From Saprospiraceae bacterium (GTDB taxonomy: Bacteria; Bacteroidota; Bacteroidia; Chitinophagales; Saprospiraceae): a stretch of 64,000 nucleotides of DNA. A program made the position numbers and the translations under genes. The stretch covers positions 5,080 to 69,079 of the forward strand of contig JAIBCG010000005.1 of NCBI GenBank assembly GCA_019694295.1, given 5' to 3'. The notes under the pieces were generated by a model. The model made no database searches and was not told where the DNA came from. It was given only the letters and a program-made list of their open reading frames with translations. How positions within the stretch are numbered: the first letter of the stretch is position 1; every line of letters starts with the position of its first letter. Below are positions 44,956 through 54,592 of the stretch, one piece after another.

Positions 44956-45324
44956 ATGGATGTCGAGTCTTTCAGAGAATATTGTCTAAAAAAAGCCGGT
45001 GTAAGCGAAGAAATGCCTTTCGGGCCGGATAATTTGGTATTTAAGGTATGTGGGAAAATGTTTGCATTAAACAGCCTTGATACTGCGTCTTTTTCGGTAA
45101 ATCTGAAATGCGATCCTGAATATGCACTCGAACTCCGTGATAAATACTCGGGTATACAACCAGGCTACCACATGAACAAACAACATTGGAATACTGTCAA
45201 CGGTAACGAGGACGTTCCAGACAAACTCATTCTGGAATTAACCGATCATTCATACGATCTTGTAGTGTCAAAATTGCCTGCAAAAATCAAAACCGAATAT
45301 GGATTAACTAATGGAAAAAATTGA
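44956..45324 (+). CDS. MmcQ/YjbR family DNA-binding protein
   Basis: 122 aa. FREYCLKKAGVSEEMPFGPDNLVFKVCGKMFAL...HMNKQHWNTV matches the YjbR fold family pattern. Confidence 0.75.
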   Translation: MDVESFREYCLKKAGVSEEMPFGPDNLVFKVCGKMFALNSLDTASFSVNLKCDPEYALELRDKYSGIQPGYHMNKQHWNTVNGNEDVPDKLILELTDHSYDLVVSKLPAKIKTEYGLTNGKN

Positions 45325-46354
45325 TTATCTGATAATAGGGCAGGGCATTGCGGGTACTACACTTTCCTACAATATTTTGCAGAGAGGCAAAACCTGTCAC
45401 GTAGCAAGTGATGACAACAGCATTTCATCATCCTACATTTCGGCAGGTGTTATTAATCCGGTCACCGGCAGGCGTATCGTAAAATCATGGATGATAGACG
45501 AACTGATGACAACTGCAAGACTTACCTATGGTGGTATAGGTGAATTATTGGGCGAAAATTTCATCACCAGTCGGGAAATAACCAAACTTCTCTCAGATGT
45601 GGAAGAGGAAAATCTTTGGCTTAGCAAAATGGATGATCTGCCTGAATACCTTGGTTACGAAAATGATTCGGAACGATATAGAAAGCATTTTAATGACTAT
45701 CGCTCTGTTGGTAAAATAAAAAATGCAATGGTCGTGAATATCAAGCAGCTACTCAAGAGCTGGGAAAAATTCTTAACCAATAAGCAATTGCTCATCAAGG
45801 CAAGAATTTCACCGGAAGAAATGTTCGTAGAAAATGAAGGCGTCCGGTATAGAGATGTAAACTACTCAAAGCTAATATTTGCTGATGGTCATAATGGATT
45901 GAGTACGAGGTTTTTTGATTTTCTGCCTTATAAAAATGCCAAAGGTGAAGTGCTGCACATCAGATCAAAGGAATATTCATTGAATGAAATGATTAAAGGA
46001 ACATCCGGCATCATTCCTGAAGGCGATACATTCTGGATTGGATCTAGCTACGAATGGGACAGCAAATCTGAGTTGCCTTCAAAGGCTAATTACAACCGAA
46101 TATTGAAACGTTTCGATCAAATGTCGAAATTCGAATACGAGATAATCAGCCATTCGGCAGGTATGCGTGCTTGTTCGGTTGACCGAAGACCATATATTGG
46201 CCGGCATCCGGAGATTGATGCCTTCTGGATTATGAATGGGCTTGGTACAAAAGGAATGTCGCTGGCACCGTATTTCTCCCTACATCTGCTCAACCATATA
46301 GAAGAAAACAAACCACTGATAAAAACTGTGGACATCAAGAGGATGCTGACGTGA
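45311..46354 (+). CDS. FAD-dependent oxidoreductase (DAO family)
   Basis: N-terminal dinucleotide-binding motif YLIIGQGIAGTTLS and a C-terminal GLGTKGMSLAP. It overlaps the upstream gene by 14 nt. Confidence 0.75.
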   Translation: MEKIDYLIIGQGIAGTTLSYNILQRGKTCHVASDDNSISSSYISAGVINPVTGRRIVKSWMIDELMTTARLTYGGIGELLGENFITSREITKLLSDVEEENLWLSKMDDLPEYLGYENDSERYRKHFNDYRSVGKIKNAMVVNIKQLLKSWEKFLTNKQLLIKARISPEEMFVENEGVRYRDVNYSKLIFADGHNGLSTRFFDFLPYKNAKGEVLHIRSKEYSLNEMIKGTSGIIPEGDTFWIGSSYEWDSKSELPSKANYNRILKRFDQMSKFEYEIISHSAGMRACSVDRRPYIGRHPEIDAFWIMNGLGTKGMSLAPYFSLHLLNHIEENKPLIKTVDIKRMLT

Positions 46355-46384
46355 TTTTAAATTTTTGAAATCTGTTTTTATTTC

Positions 46385-46945
46385 TCAAGAGGTAACAACT
46401 ACTACACGTTTGCCCTGCTTTTTCCATTGTTCGATCAGATTGTTAAACTGTTTGATCATATAGTATGAATCGAACTCGAAGTCGAACCTTCTGTTAGCTT
46501 TTTCTGATTTGAATATGAGGTAATTCTGTAAAGTTTTGCCGGCTATTTCTCTGGCAATATCAGTCAAATTTTCATCAGGAAACCCATATTTATCCTTTAT
46601 ACATATTTCACTTATCTCTCTGAGGTTGAACTTTTCGACATCTTTCTTATCTTTTCCTGTGATGATTACTTCATCCGGAGAGATTTCAATGGTAGAATTG
46701 CCTATGAGTGACAAGGTTTTTCTATAATTTTTGAATTTAAAATATTCATAAATAATGAAAATTGCAAGCAGCGTAAGTATTCCCCAGATAGGTATTCTAT
46801 ATGCTGTCTGAAAGATGACTGTCAGAATGACTGCACCTGAAAACAACCCGAACAATGTACGAATCCTTCGGTGCGTGTAATACTGATGGTTTTCTATCAA
46901 TTTTGCTTTAAACACGGTATAGAGATTTTCATTAGGAAACATCAA
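46385..46945 (-). CDS. hypothetical membrane protein
   Basis: 186 aa. Two adjacent TM helices followed by a soluble domain. No motif recognised. Confidence 0.5.
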   Translation of the reverse strand: MMFPNENLYTVFKAKLIENHQYYTHRRIRTLFGLFSGAVILTVIFQTAYRIPIWGILTLLAIFIIYEYFKFKNYRKTLSLIGNSTIEISPDEVIITGKDKKDVEKFNLREISEICIKDKYGFPDENLTDIAREIAGKTLQNYLIFKSEKANRRFDFEFDSYYMIKQFNNLIEQWKKQGKRVVVVTS

Positions 46946-47098
46946 TACACTTCATGGATGACTGGTACAAATATAATGTTTCTCAACCGTTTCATGCAAT
47001 TTTAATGGTCGAATATTTTGTGGAAATAATAGAATTCTTTTACAACATCCAACTCTGAGTGCCTATCTTGCATCATTATTACAAACAATCTGCTATTT

Positions 47099-50000
47099 AT
47101 GAAAAAGATGAAGTATTTCTTCTCACGTATTGTGTGTCTATTTATTTGCTTGTTTGGAATTTCTCAATTCTTATATACTCAAAATGATATGAACATCAAA
47201 CCTTATTACTCGGAGGCCTTTAAAGAGGTAGATAAACTTTTGAACCAGAATAATTTACCCAAATCAGCTCTGGAAAAAATAAATGAAATCTGGAAAACGG
47301 CCTCTGACGAAAAAAATGAACCAGAACAGATTAAAGCCTTGATTTACTGGTCAAATGCCACAGCAAGAGTATCTGAGTCAACAAAAGATACACTACTGCC
47401 TGTCTGGTTGCAAAACATCGAGCAGGCAAGCGGTGCACATAAGGCTGTACTTCAGTCAGTATTGGCAGAGATGATCTGGAATTATCTCGAGGGTAATCGT
47501 TGGCTCATCCACGGGCGTACCACTACGGAAGCATTTGAAAAGAGCGACATGGCTACCTGGTCAGAGAAAGATTTTGAAATGATAGCTGCAGAACTATATC
47601 TTGAGTCTGTAAGCCATCCTGAATTTTTGAAGATTCAAGTTGGAAAATATTCTGATCTATTGACACCTGGTCAAAATTCGGATACACGAAGACCTTTCCT
47701 GTTTGATGTACTTGTGGCAAGGGCAGTTGAACATTTTACGAATACCCGGAATAACCTACACAAGCCTGTTAACCCATTCAGACTGAATGATGATGCCCTC
47801 TTTTTACCGGCTAACCAGTTTGTGCGATACGAGTTCGCGACACACGATACAATAAGCCCCGATTATAGGATTGTCAGCCTACTCCAGCAATGGTTGTTAT
47901 TTCACGAAACGGATACAACTAAAGATGCATGGTTGGATGCTGACCTGGCCAGACTCGAATTTGTCAACAACAACAGCACCTTAAAAAATAAATCTGCTTT
48001 TTACAGAGAGCGTCTCAGCCAATTAATTGAGCAACATAAAGATTCAAGGCTGATAGCCAATTTCTATGCACGTCTTGCAATGAGTTATATGACTTCAGCA
48101 GCAGAATGGGACGGTACATCGGAACTCAAGAAATGGGATTACAAAACTGCATTCGATCTTGCTACAGAATGTGTCAACAAATATGGCAAATTGTCAGGCA
48201 CGGATGAATGCAAGAATATCTTAAATACGCTGACACAACTCAGACTTAATGTCACCAACGAGGAGATTTATACTGCCGGAAAGCCACTTCTTGTTTTACT
48301 TAATTATAATCAATCCAAGCATCTGTATTACAGCGTGATAAAAACGAATAATGAGATTGATGAAGTATTGAAAAAAATGGAACAATACGGAAACCGTGAC
48401 AGCATTGTTCAGTATTTGAGTAAGTTAAAGGTACTAGAGTCTGGTCATTATGATCTTCCCAACCGCGGCGATTTCCGCGAAAATTCAGTCGAATTTATGG
48501 TTCCTTCGCTTGATTTCGGATCGTATATCCTGCTGTTTGGTTCTAATTCCCAATTCACTAACAACCATTCAAATGCTGCTTATTACTCCAGGTTTGATGT
48601 GAGTAATCTTACTATCACGACCGGCAATTCGTCACCTACCACTGATATAATGGTCACCGACCGTAATACCGGACAGCCATTGAAAGATGTAATAATAAGG
48701 ATAACAGAGCTAAAAAGCGAATATGTGAAAAATGAGTGGGTTGAGAAAAGCACTATACTATACGATAACATTAAAACGGACAAAGATGGTTTTGTGCATA
48801 GCAAGATTGCGTTGAAAGCAGGTGAATACAACAGCAGTATTCTGATAGAAGCATACTCAAAGAAAGATTATGCAAAAGTTAGAAAATCAATAACAAACTA
48901 CAGAGAACCAGGAGTTTCTGAGTCTTTTATCAAAACAAACTTTTATACCGACAGAGCTATTTATCGCCCGGGGCAAACTATTTATTTCAAAGGTCTTGTG
49001 TTAAGTGTCATGGATGGCCGTTCTAATGTACTAGCTGGGAAAAAGATTAAGGTTCAATTTAGAAATGCCAATTCACAAAAAATAGATGAAAAAATATTTA
49101 CGACCAACGAGTTTGGTTCATTCGACGGTAGTTTTACAGCTCCGACTTCAGGTCTATTTGGGCAGATGAGTCTTGTGTCAGATGAAGGTGGAGTACAATG
49201 GATTTCTGTTGAAGAATACAAACGACCTACTTTCGAGGTTAATTTTGAAGATGTCGAAGGCGAATACAGGCTGAATGACCAAGTGACGATGAAGGTCAAG
49301 GCTCAAGCTTTTGCGGGGAACCTGATTACCAATGCTAATGTCGTTTACCGCATTGTACGCAAAACAGCTTTCCCTTTCTGGCCGGTGTTTAGGTATATGC
49401 CTTACAACGTGTCTTCTCAGGAAATTTTCCAGGGAACAGGAAATACAGGTGATAATGGTGTGTTCGCATTCCGTTTTCCGCTCATACCGGATGATGCAGA
49501 CAATCAATCCTCGAAGCCGCGTTACACATTCGAAATCATTGCCGATATTACCGATCAGGCTGGTGAGACCCGTACAGCAACTACCAGTTTATCTGCAGGT
49601 TATGTTGGAGTAGATGTAGAGTTGAACGTGAGAGATGAATTCAAGTCAAAAGAGAAATTCGATGCTGCAATTGTGCTGAAAAATCTGAATGGCAAACAGG
49701 TGAAATCACCTGCAACTATCCGTGTTTACAAATTGACGGCTCCCGGATTCTTGATTAAGTCAAAATACTGGCAACAACCTCTTGAACAGGTAATGCCTGA
49801 AAATGAGTACAGAAAAGCTTTTCCCGATTTTGCTTACGGTACAGAAGGAACACCTGATTTTTGGCCAAAAGAAACAACAGTTTTGCAGCAGCAAATTGAT
49901 TCTTCTCTGACATTAGATATGGATATCGATAAATGGAAGCCGGGGCAATATCAAATCGAAGTTGAAGTAAAAGATTATGCCGGCAACCCTGTTGTGACTA

Positions 50001-53000
50001 AAAAATTCTTCAGGCTACAATCAGATAAATCAATAGAGAATTTTACTACATACGGCCTCTCTATCAAAACCGAAAAGGAAAATTACCAGCCGGGTGAAGA
50101 AGCTGTAATAATACTCTCAAGTCCAGGCATAAAATACCCAGTTTGGGTGGAAATAACCAAGGGAAAGAAAGTAACCGAAGCTTACTGGCTACAGGTGAAA
50201 GATATTGAGGAAATTAAAATTCCGGTAACAGAAACCGACAGGGGCAACTTCTCAGTTAGGTTTTACTATAATTACAACAACAGACACTTCGAAGGCTTGT
50301 GTATAGTAAATGTTCCTTTTTCAAACAAGCAACTAAACATTGAGTACCTTAGTTTCAGAGATAAATTGCTGCCCGGGCAAAATGAATCGTGGAAGATAAA
50401 GATAAGTGGAGAGAAGAAGGATAAAGTGGTTGCAGAACTTGCTGCCACTATGTACGACGCCTCGCTTGATATGTTCAAGTTACACACTTGGGCAGGTATG
50501 TTTTTCTCAAGCAATAACTATTCGAGGAGTCGTTATGATGCCTTTGGTTTTTCAGCATTACAAAATGCTGCCTGGACAGAATACCGCAGCATCGATTATA
50601 TTGAATTTTCATATCCGTCATTAAATCTGTACGGATTTTATCCTTCACTTGCCGACAATAATATGCGCTATTATAACAGACAACCAGTATTATCAATGAG
50701 CCCTATGGAAATAATGGAATCAGATAAGGTGGGTGGTGTTGATTCGCGCCAGAGTCCGGCCGGGCGAGAGGGAGACTATAAAATGAAAGCAATGGCCAAA
50801 TCTGCACCAGCACCTTCAGGCGAAACAACTGCAGATAATTCAGGTGTTACTCCTTCTTTGGCCGAACCCCAAAAATCAACTCCGGAGGTGACAATAAGAC
50901 AGAATCTCAAAGAGACTGTATTCTTTTTCCCATCTGTCAATACGGATGCAGAAGGTAACTATATCATCGATTTCAAAATGAATGAGGCGCTCACCAGATG
51001 GAAGCTTTTGCTTTTTGCACATACCAAGGAGCTTGCTTATGTTTTTGACTCGCGCTCTGTTATTACACAAAAAGATCTGATGATACAAGCCAACATGCCA
51101 AGATTCCTGCGGCAAGGTGATCTTGTAACATTGTCCGCAAGAATTTCTAACACAGGCGACAAAGCGCTTTCCGGACAATCCCGCATACAGCTACTTGATG
51201 CCATCAACGGACAGGATATTACAAAATTTTTCTGCGAAAAAGCTGAAAATACATTCACCGTACAATCAAAGCAAAATGTAGCCACAGAGTGGGAAGTTAA
51301 AGTGCCTGCAGATTGGATTAACCCTGTAGAATACAAAGTGACAGCCATTGCCCACAATATTTCAGACGGTGAAGCTTCGGTATTGCCTGTACTGAGCGAC
51401 AAAATGTTGGTAACAGAAACACTTCCATTGCCTGTGAGAGGCGGCCAGAAAAAGACATTCACACTCAAATCCCTGGAAGAAAATAATTCTTCTACCTTAA
51501 AGCATGTTGGGTTTACACTCGAGTTTACCGCTAACCCGGCTTGGTATGCAGTTAAGGCCCTTCCTTATTTAAGCGAGTATCCGTTTGATTGTTCGGAGCA
51601 GATTTTTAGCCGAATTTATGCCAATGTCCTTGCTTCGTATGTTGCAAACAAAAATCCTAAAATAAAAGAATATTATGACCAGTGGAAAGACAGCGGTGGC
51701 CTTGAGTCAAATCTGTCAAAAAACCAAGATTTGAAAAATCTGATACTGAACGAAACCCCTTGGGTAAATAGCGCCATGAGTGAAGAAGAGCAAATGCGCA
51801 ACATCAGCCTGTTGTTCGATCTGAACAGAATACAGAATGCTACAAAATCGGACATTGAAAAACTTCTCAAAAGACAGAGGCAAGATGGCGGATTCGGGTG
51901 GTTTCCTGGCTATGAGTCCGACTGGTTCATTACCCAACACATCATTGCTGGATTCGAACATCTGGATAGACTTAAAGTGATACCTTCAACAGATGAGTAC
52001 AATCAATTGATAAATAAAGGAATCAAATTTATAGATTCTAGATTCCTTGCCGAATATAGACGTTTGAAAGGACTCGTAACCGGAGGCAAAGCGAAATGGG
52101 AAGACAATCACTTGTCGGGTATTGTGGTCCATTATCTTTACACCAGAAGTTTTAACAAAGCCACCAAACTGGAGTCAGAAATGAAGGAAGCCCTTGATTA
52201 TTACCTTGGGCAGTGTGAAAAATATTGGAATAGTAGAGGACTCTACGAAAAAGGTCTGATCGCTCTCGTTCTGCATCGAGACGGTAGGCATGCAGCAGCA
52301 GATCGCATTGTAAAATCGCTTCGCGAAAATGCTATATACAGCGAAGAACTTGGTATGTACTGGAAAGAGCAGTGGAGTTATTACTGGTATCAGATGCCGG
52401 TAGAAACACAATCGTTGATGATCGAAGTATTCGCTGATGTTGCTAAGGACAATAAGTCAGTGGACGAACTGCGTTTGTGGTTGTTAAAAAATAAACAAAC
52501 CAACCACTGGAGAACGACTAAAGCTACAAGTGATGCCATATATGCCTTGCTCCTCACCGGAACCAACTGGCCTACCGAAACAAAGATGCCTGAAATAAAA
52601 GTAGGTAACCAGAAAGTAGATATTGCTGCCCTTAAAACCGAACCGGACTCAGGCTATTTTAAGAAAGAATATAAAAAGGACGAAATCAATGCTTCATTCA
52701 GTAAAATCGAAGTATTTAATCCGAATAAGAGTGTAGCTTGGGGTGGCATTTACTGGCAGTATTTCGAACAGATGGACAAGATTAAGACTTTCAAAGAAAC
52801 ACCGCTAAAAATCGTTAAAAACTATTTCATCGTAAAAAATACCGATGCCGGAGAAGTGATGACACCGGTTTCTGCTTCCAATCAGGTAAAACTCGGTGAC
52901 AAAGTTCGAGTAAGAATCGAAATCAGAGTTGACCGTATGATGGAGTATGTTCACCTGAAAGATATGCGTGGAAGCGGATTCGAACCTGTGAATGTACTAA

Positions 53001-53221
53001 GCCAGTACAAATACAAATCAGGCCTGGGATACTACGAAAGTACGGGAGATGCAGCAACCAATTTTTTCATTAGCTATCTTCCGAAAGGAACCTATGTTTT
53101 TGAGTATGATTTGCGTGCTAATAACAAAGGCGATTTTTCGATGGGTATCAGTACGATGCAGTGTATGTATGCTCCGGAATTTAGTTCGCATTCCGGTGGT
53201 GAAAGGATTGGAATCAAATAA
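47099..53221 (+). CDS. alpha-2-macroglobulin family protein (second copy), CxEQ motif retained
   Basis: 2040 aa with a signal peptide. Thioester-region homologue YPFDCSEQ has CSEQ at 51590-51601 (codon 1498). It also has the downstream alpha-helical TED-like region and MG-like repeats typical of bacterial A2M. Confidence 0.8.
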   Translation: MKKMKYFFSRIVCLFICLFGISQFLYTQNDMNIKPYYSEAFKEVDKLLNQNNLPKSALEKINEIWKTASDEKNEPEQIKALIYWSNATARVSESTKDTLLPVWLQNIEQASGAHKAVLQSVLAEMIWNYLEGNRWLIHGRTTTEAFEKSDMATWSEKDFEMIAAELYLESVSHPEFLKIQVGKYSDLLTPGQNSDTRRPFLFDVLVARAVEHFTNTRNNLHKPVNPFRLNDDALFLPANQFVRYEFATHDTISPDYRIVSLLQQWLLFHETDTTKDAWLDADLARLEFVNNNSTLKNKSAFYRERLSQLIEQHKDSRLIANFYARLAMSYMTSAAEWDGTSELKKWDYKTAFDLATECVNKYGKLSGTDECKNILNTLTQLRLNVTNEEIYTAGKPLLVLLNYNQSKHLYYSVIKTNNEIDEVLKKMEQYGNRDSIVQYLSKLKVLESGHYDLPNRGDFRENSVEFMVPSLDFGSYILLFGSNSQFTNNHSNAAYYSRFDVSNLTITTGNSSPTTDIMVTDRNTGQPLKDVIIRITELKSEYVKNEWVEKSTILYDNIKTDKDGFVHSKIALKAGEYNSSILIEAYSKKDYAKVRKSITNYREPGVSESFIKTNFYTDRAIYRPGQTIYFKGLVLSVMDGRSNVLAGKKIKVQFRNANSQKIDEKIFTTNEFGSFDGSFTAPTSGLFGQMSLVSDEGGVQWISVEEYKRPTFEVNFEDVEGEYRLNDQVTMKVKAQAFAGNLITNANVVYRIVRKTAFPFWPVFRYMPYNVSSQEIFQGTGNTGDNGVFAFRFPLIPDDADNQSSKPRYTFEIIADITDQAGETRTATTSLSAGYVGVDVELNVRDEFKSKEKFDAAIVLKNLNGKQVKSPATIRVYKLTAPGFLIKSKYWQQPLEQVMPENEYRKAFPDFAYGTEGTPDFWPKETTVLQQQIDSSLTLDMDIDKWKPGQYQIEVEVKDYAGNPVVTKKFFRLQSDKSIENFTTYGLSIKTEKENYQPGEEAVIILSSPGIKYPVWVEITKGKKVTEAYWLQVKDIEEIKIPVTETDRGNFSVRFYYNYNNRHFEGLCIVNVPFSNKQLNIEYLSFRDKLLPGQNESWKIKISGEKKDKVVAELAATMYDASLDMFKLHTWAGMFFSSNNYSRSRYDAFGFSALQNAAWTEYRSIDYIEFSYPSLNLYGFYPSLADNNMRYYNRQPVLSMSPMEIMESDKVGGVDSRQSPAGREGDYKMKAMAKSAPAPSGETTADNSGVTPSLAEPQKSTPEVTIRQNLKETVFFFPSVNTDAEGNYIIDFKMNEALTRWKLLLFAHTKELAYVFDSRSVITQKDLMIQANMPRFLRQGDLVTLSARISNTGDKALSGQSRIQLLDAINGQDITKFFCEKAENTFTVQSKQNVATEWEVKVPADWINPVEYKVTAIAHNISDGEASVLPVLSDKMLVTETLPLPVRGGQKKTFTLKSLEENNSSTLKHVGFTLEFTANPAWYAVKALPYLSEYPFDCSEQIFSRIYANVLASYVANKNPKIKEYYDQWKDSGGLESNLSKNQDLKNLILNETPWVNSAMSEEEQMRNISLLFDLNRIQNATKSDIEKLLKRQRQDGGFGWFPGYESDWFITQHIIAGFEHLDRLKVIPSTDEYNQLINKGIKFIDSRFLAEYRRLKGLVTGGKAKWEDNHLSGIVVHYLYTRSFNKATKLESEMKEALDYYLGQCEKYWNSRGLYEKGLIALVLHRDGRHAAADRIVKSLRENAIYSEELGMYWKEQWSYYWYQMPVETQSLMIEVFADVAKDNKSVDELRLWLLKNKQTNHWRTTKATSDAIYALLLTGTNWPTETKMPEIKVGNQKVDIAALKTEPDSGYFKKEYKKDEINASFSKIEVFNPNKSVAWGGIYWQYFEQMDKIKTFKETPLKIVKNYFIVKNTDAGEVMTPVSASNQVKLGDKVRVRIEIRVDRMMEYVHLKDMRGSGFEPVNVLSQYKYKSGLGYYESTGDAATNFFISYLPKGTYVFEYDLRANNKGDFSMGISTMQCMYAPEFSSHSGGERIGIK

Positions 53222-53232
53222 ATGCTCTAATA

Positions 53233-53706
53233 ATGGGAATGGAGATCGAAAGAAAATTTCTGGTAAACAAATCTGCATGGGAGATAGCCCAACAGGGAGA
53301 AAGTGCCAGAATATGCCAAGCTTACTTAGCCAATGACGAACATAAAGTTGTGAGAATAAGGACCTATGGCAACCAAGCATTCATAACCATTAAAGCACAT
53401 TTAGCCGGTATGTCAAGAGCTGAATATGAATACCCGATGCCACTACAGGATGCTGACGAAATGATAGTCACACTTGCCGACAAGAGAATTGAGAAAATTC
53501 GCCATCGAGTCAATTATAAAGGAAAACTTTGGGAGGTAGATGTGTTTGAAGGTGAAAATGAAGGACTTTTGGTAGCCGAAATCGAGTTGGAGTATGAAAA
53601 CGAAGCCTTCGAAAAACCAGAATGGGTAGGAGAGGAAGTTACAGATGACCTCAGATATTACAATGCCTCTCTCATTCAAAACCCATACCGGAACTGGAAT
53701 CGTTGA
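53233..53706 (+). CDS. CYTH domain protein (triphosphate tunnel metalloenzyme)
   Basis: N-terminal EIERKFLV signature and later LVAEIEL. Confidence 0.85.
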   Translation: MGMEIERKFLVNKSAWEIAQQGESARICQAYLANDEHKVVRIRTYGNQAFITIKAHLAGMSRAEYEYPMPLQDADEMIVTLADKRIEKIRHRVNYKGKLWEVDVFEGENEGLLVAEIELEYENEAFEKPEWVGEEVTDDLRYYNASLIQNPYRNWNR

Positions 53707-53707
53707 T

Positions 53708-53866
53708 TTATTAACCCAAATAAGGCATTAGGGATTAAAACAAAAATGATTCGTACAAAAAATCCATAAAAAAAGAGTTAAATGCATATTGACCTATGGA
53801 TTTTAAACTTTTGAAATGGATTTGAAGTAATATTTATTTGCAGTAAAGAGGCTATTGCGTGATTCG
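53708..53866 (-). mobile_element. MITE-like intergenic repeat, copy 3 (inverted orientation)
   Basis: The reverse complement aligns along its length with copy 1. Ends are ...ACGCAATAGCC and CCCTAATGCCTTATTTGGGTTAA. The extended ~24-nt terminal repeat is best preserved in this copy. Confidence 0.6.
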
Positions 53867-53880
53867 GGATTAATAGAAAA

Positions 53881-53912
53881 GCTGCCCTGAAATGTTATCG
53901 GGGTAGCTTTTT
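53881..53912 (+). terminator. putative intrinsic terminator
   Basis: GCTGCCC-tgaaatgttatcg-GGGTAGC (one G-U pair) followed by TTTTT. Confidence 0.45.
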
Positions 53913-53933
53913 CCGGTGGTAAACAATGATGTT

Positions 53934-54359
53934 TTATCGCCTTCCAAATACAATTACGTTGGCTTTACCTTTCATAACGCCTTTGGTATCATAAAGGAAA
54001 GTAATCTTTTCGATACGGCGTTTGTTGCCTGGCAGATCGATCACACGACTTTCTTCACCCTGGTGAAAATTTTTCTGTAGTGGTACATGTTGTATCTGAC
54101 CATTTTCAAAATGAATGCCCATGTCTTTCATGTTAAGTCCGGCATCAACAACCTTTATTTTGACTGCAGAAAAAATGTCATTTCCTTTGACAAATAATAC
54201 ATCGCGGTCAGGGCCGTATGCCGCTTCCTTTTGACCAATAATTCTCCACTTTGACATATCAAATGAACTAAGTGCGATACCCACCATAATGAGCGTGCTG
54301 ATTAAGAATGCTTGCTTTATCATAATTATTGATTTTATTACTTCATTGACAGGAATCAT
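53934..54359 (-). CDS. hypothetical exported protein
   Basis: 141-aa ORF. A more likely start is Met13 (MIKQAFLISTLIMVGIALS, around 54323), which gives a signal/anchor sequence. No motif recognised. Confidence 0.5.
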   Translation of the reverse strand: MIPVNEVIKSIIMIKQAFLISTLIMVGIALSSFDMSKWRIIGQKEAAYGPDRDVLFVKGNDIFSAVKIKVVDAGLNMKDMGIHFENGQIQHVPLQKNFHQGEESRVIDLPGNKRRIEKITFLYDTKGVMKGKANVIVFGRR

Positions 54360-54530
54360 GACTCAGGGTTTAATCAGTGTGCAAATTTTTTACATTTTTT
54401 TTGCCTAAATATTTCTTAAAAAATTTAGTAATATGTTTTAGCATGAATTATAGTAAAGCATTGGATATATTAGGTGACAGATGATTCTAGTAAAACCATA
54501 ACCAATTGATATCTGCCTTTTATGAACAAA

Positions 54531-54564
54531 TGCAAAAGCCAATAGGGTCTTATTCTACTGGCTT
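54531..54564 (-). terminator. putative intrinsic terminator of the AsmA-like gene
   Basis: On the minus strand: GCCAGTAG-aataagacc-CTATTGGC (one G-U pair) followed by TTTTGCATTT. Confidence 0.5.
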
Positions 54565-54592
54565 TCGTGTTTGGTAGGTATGTGGAAATATC

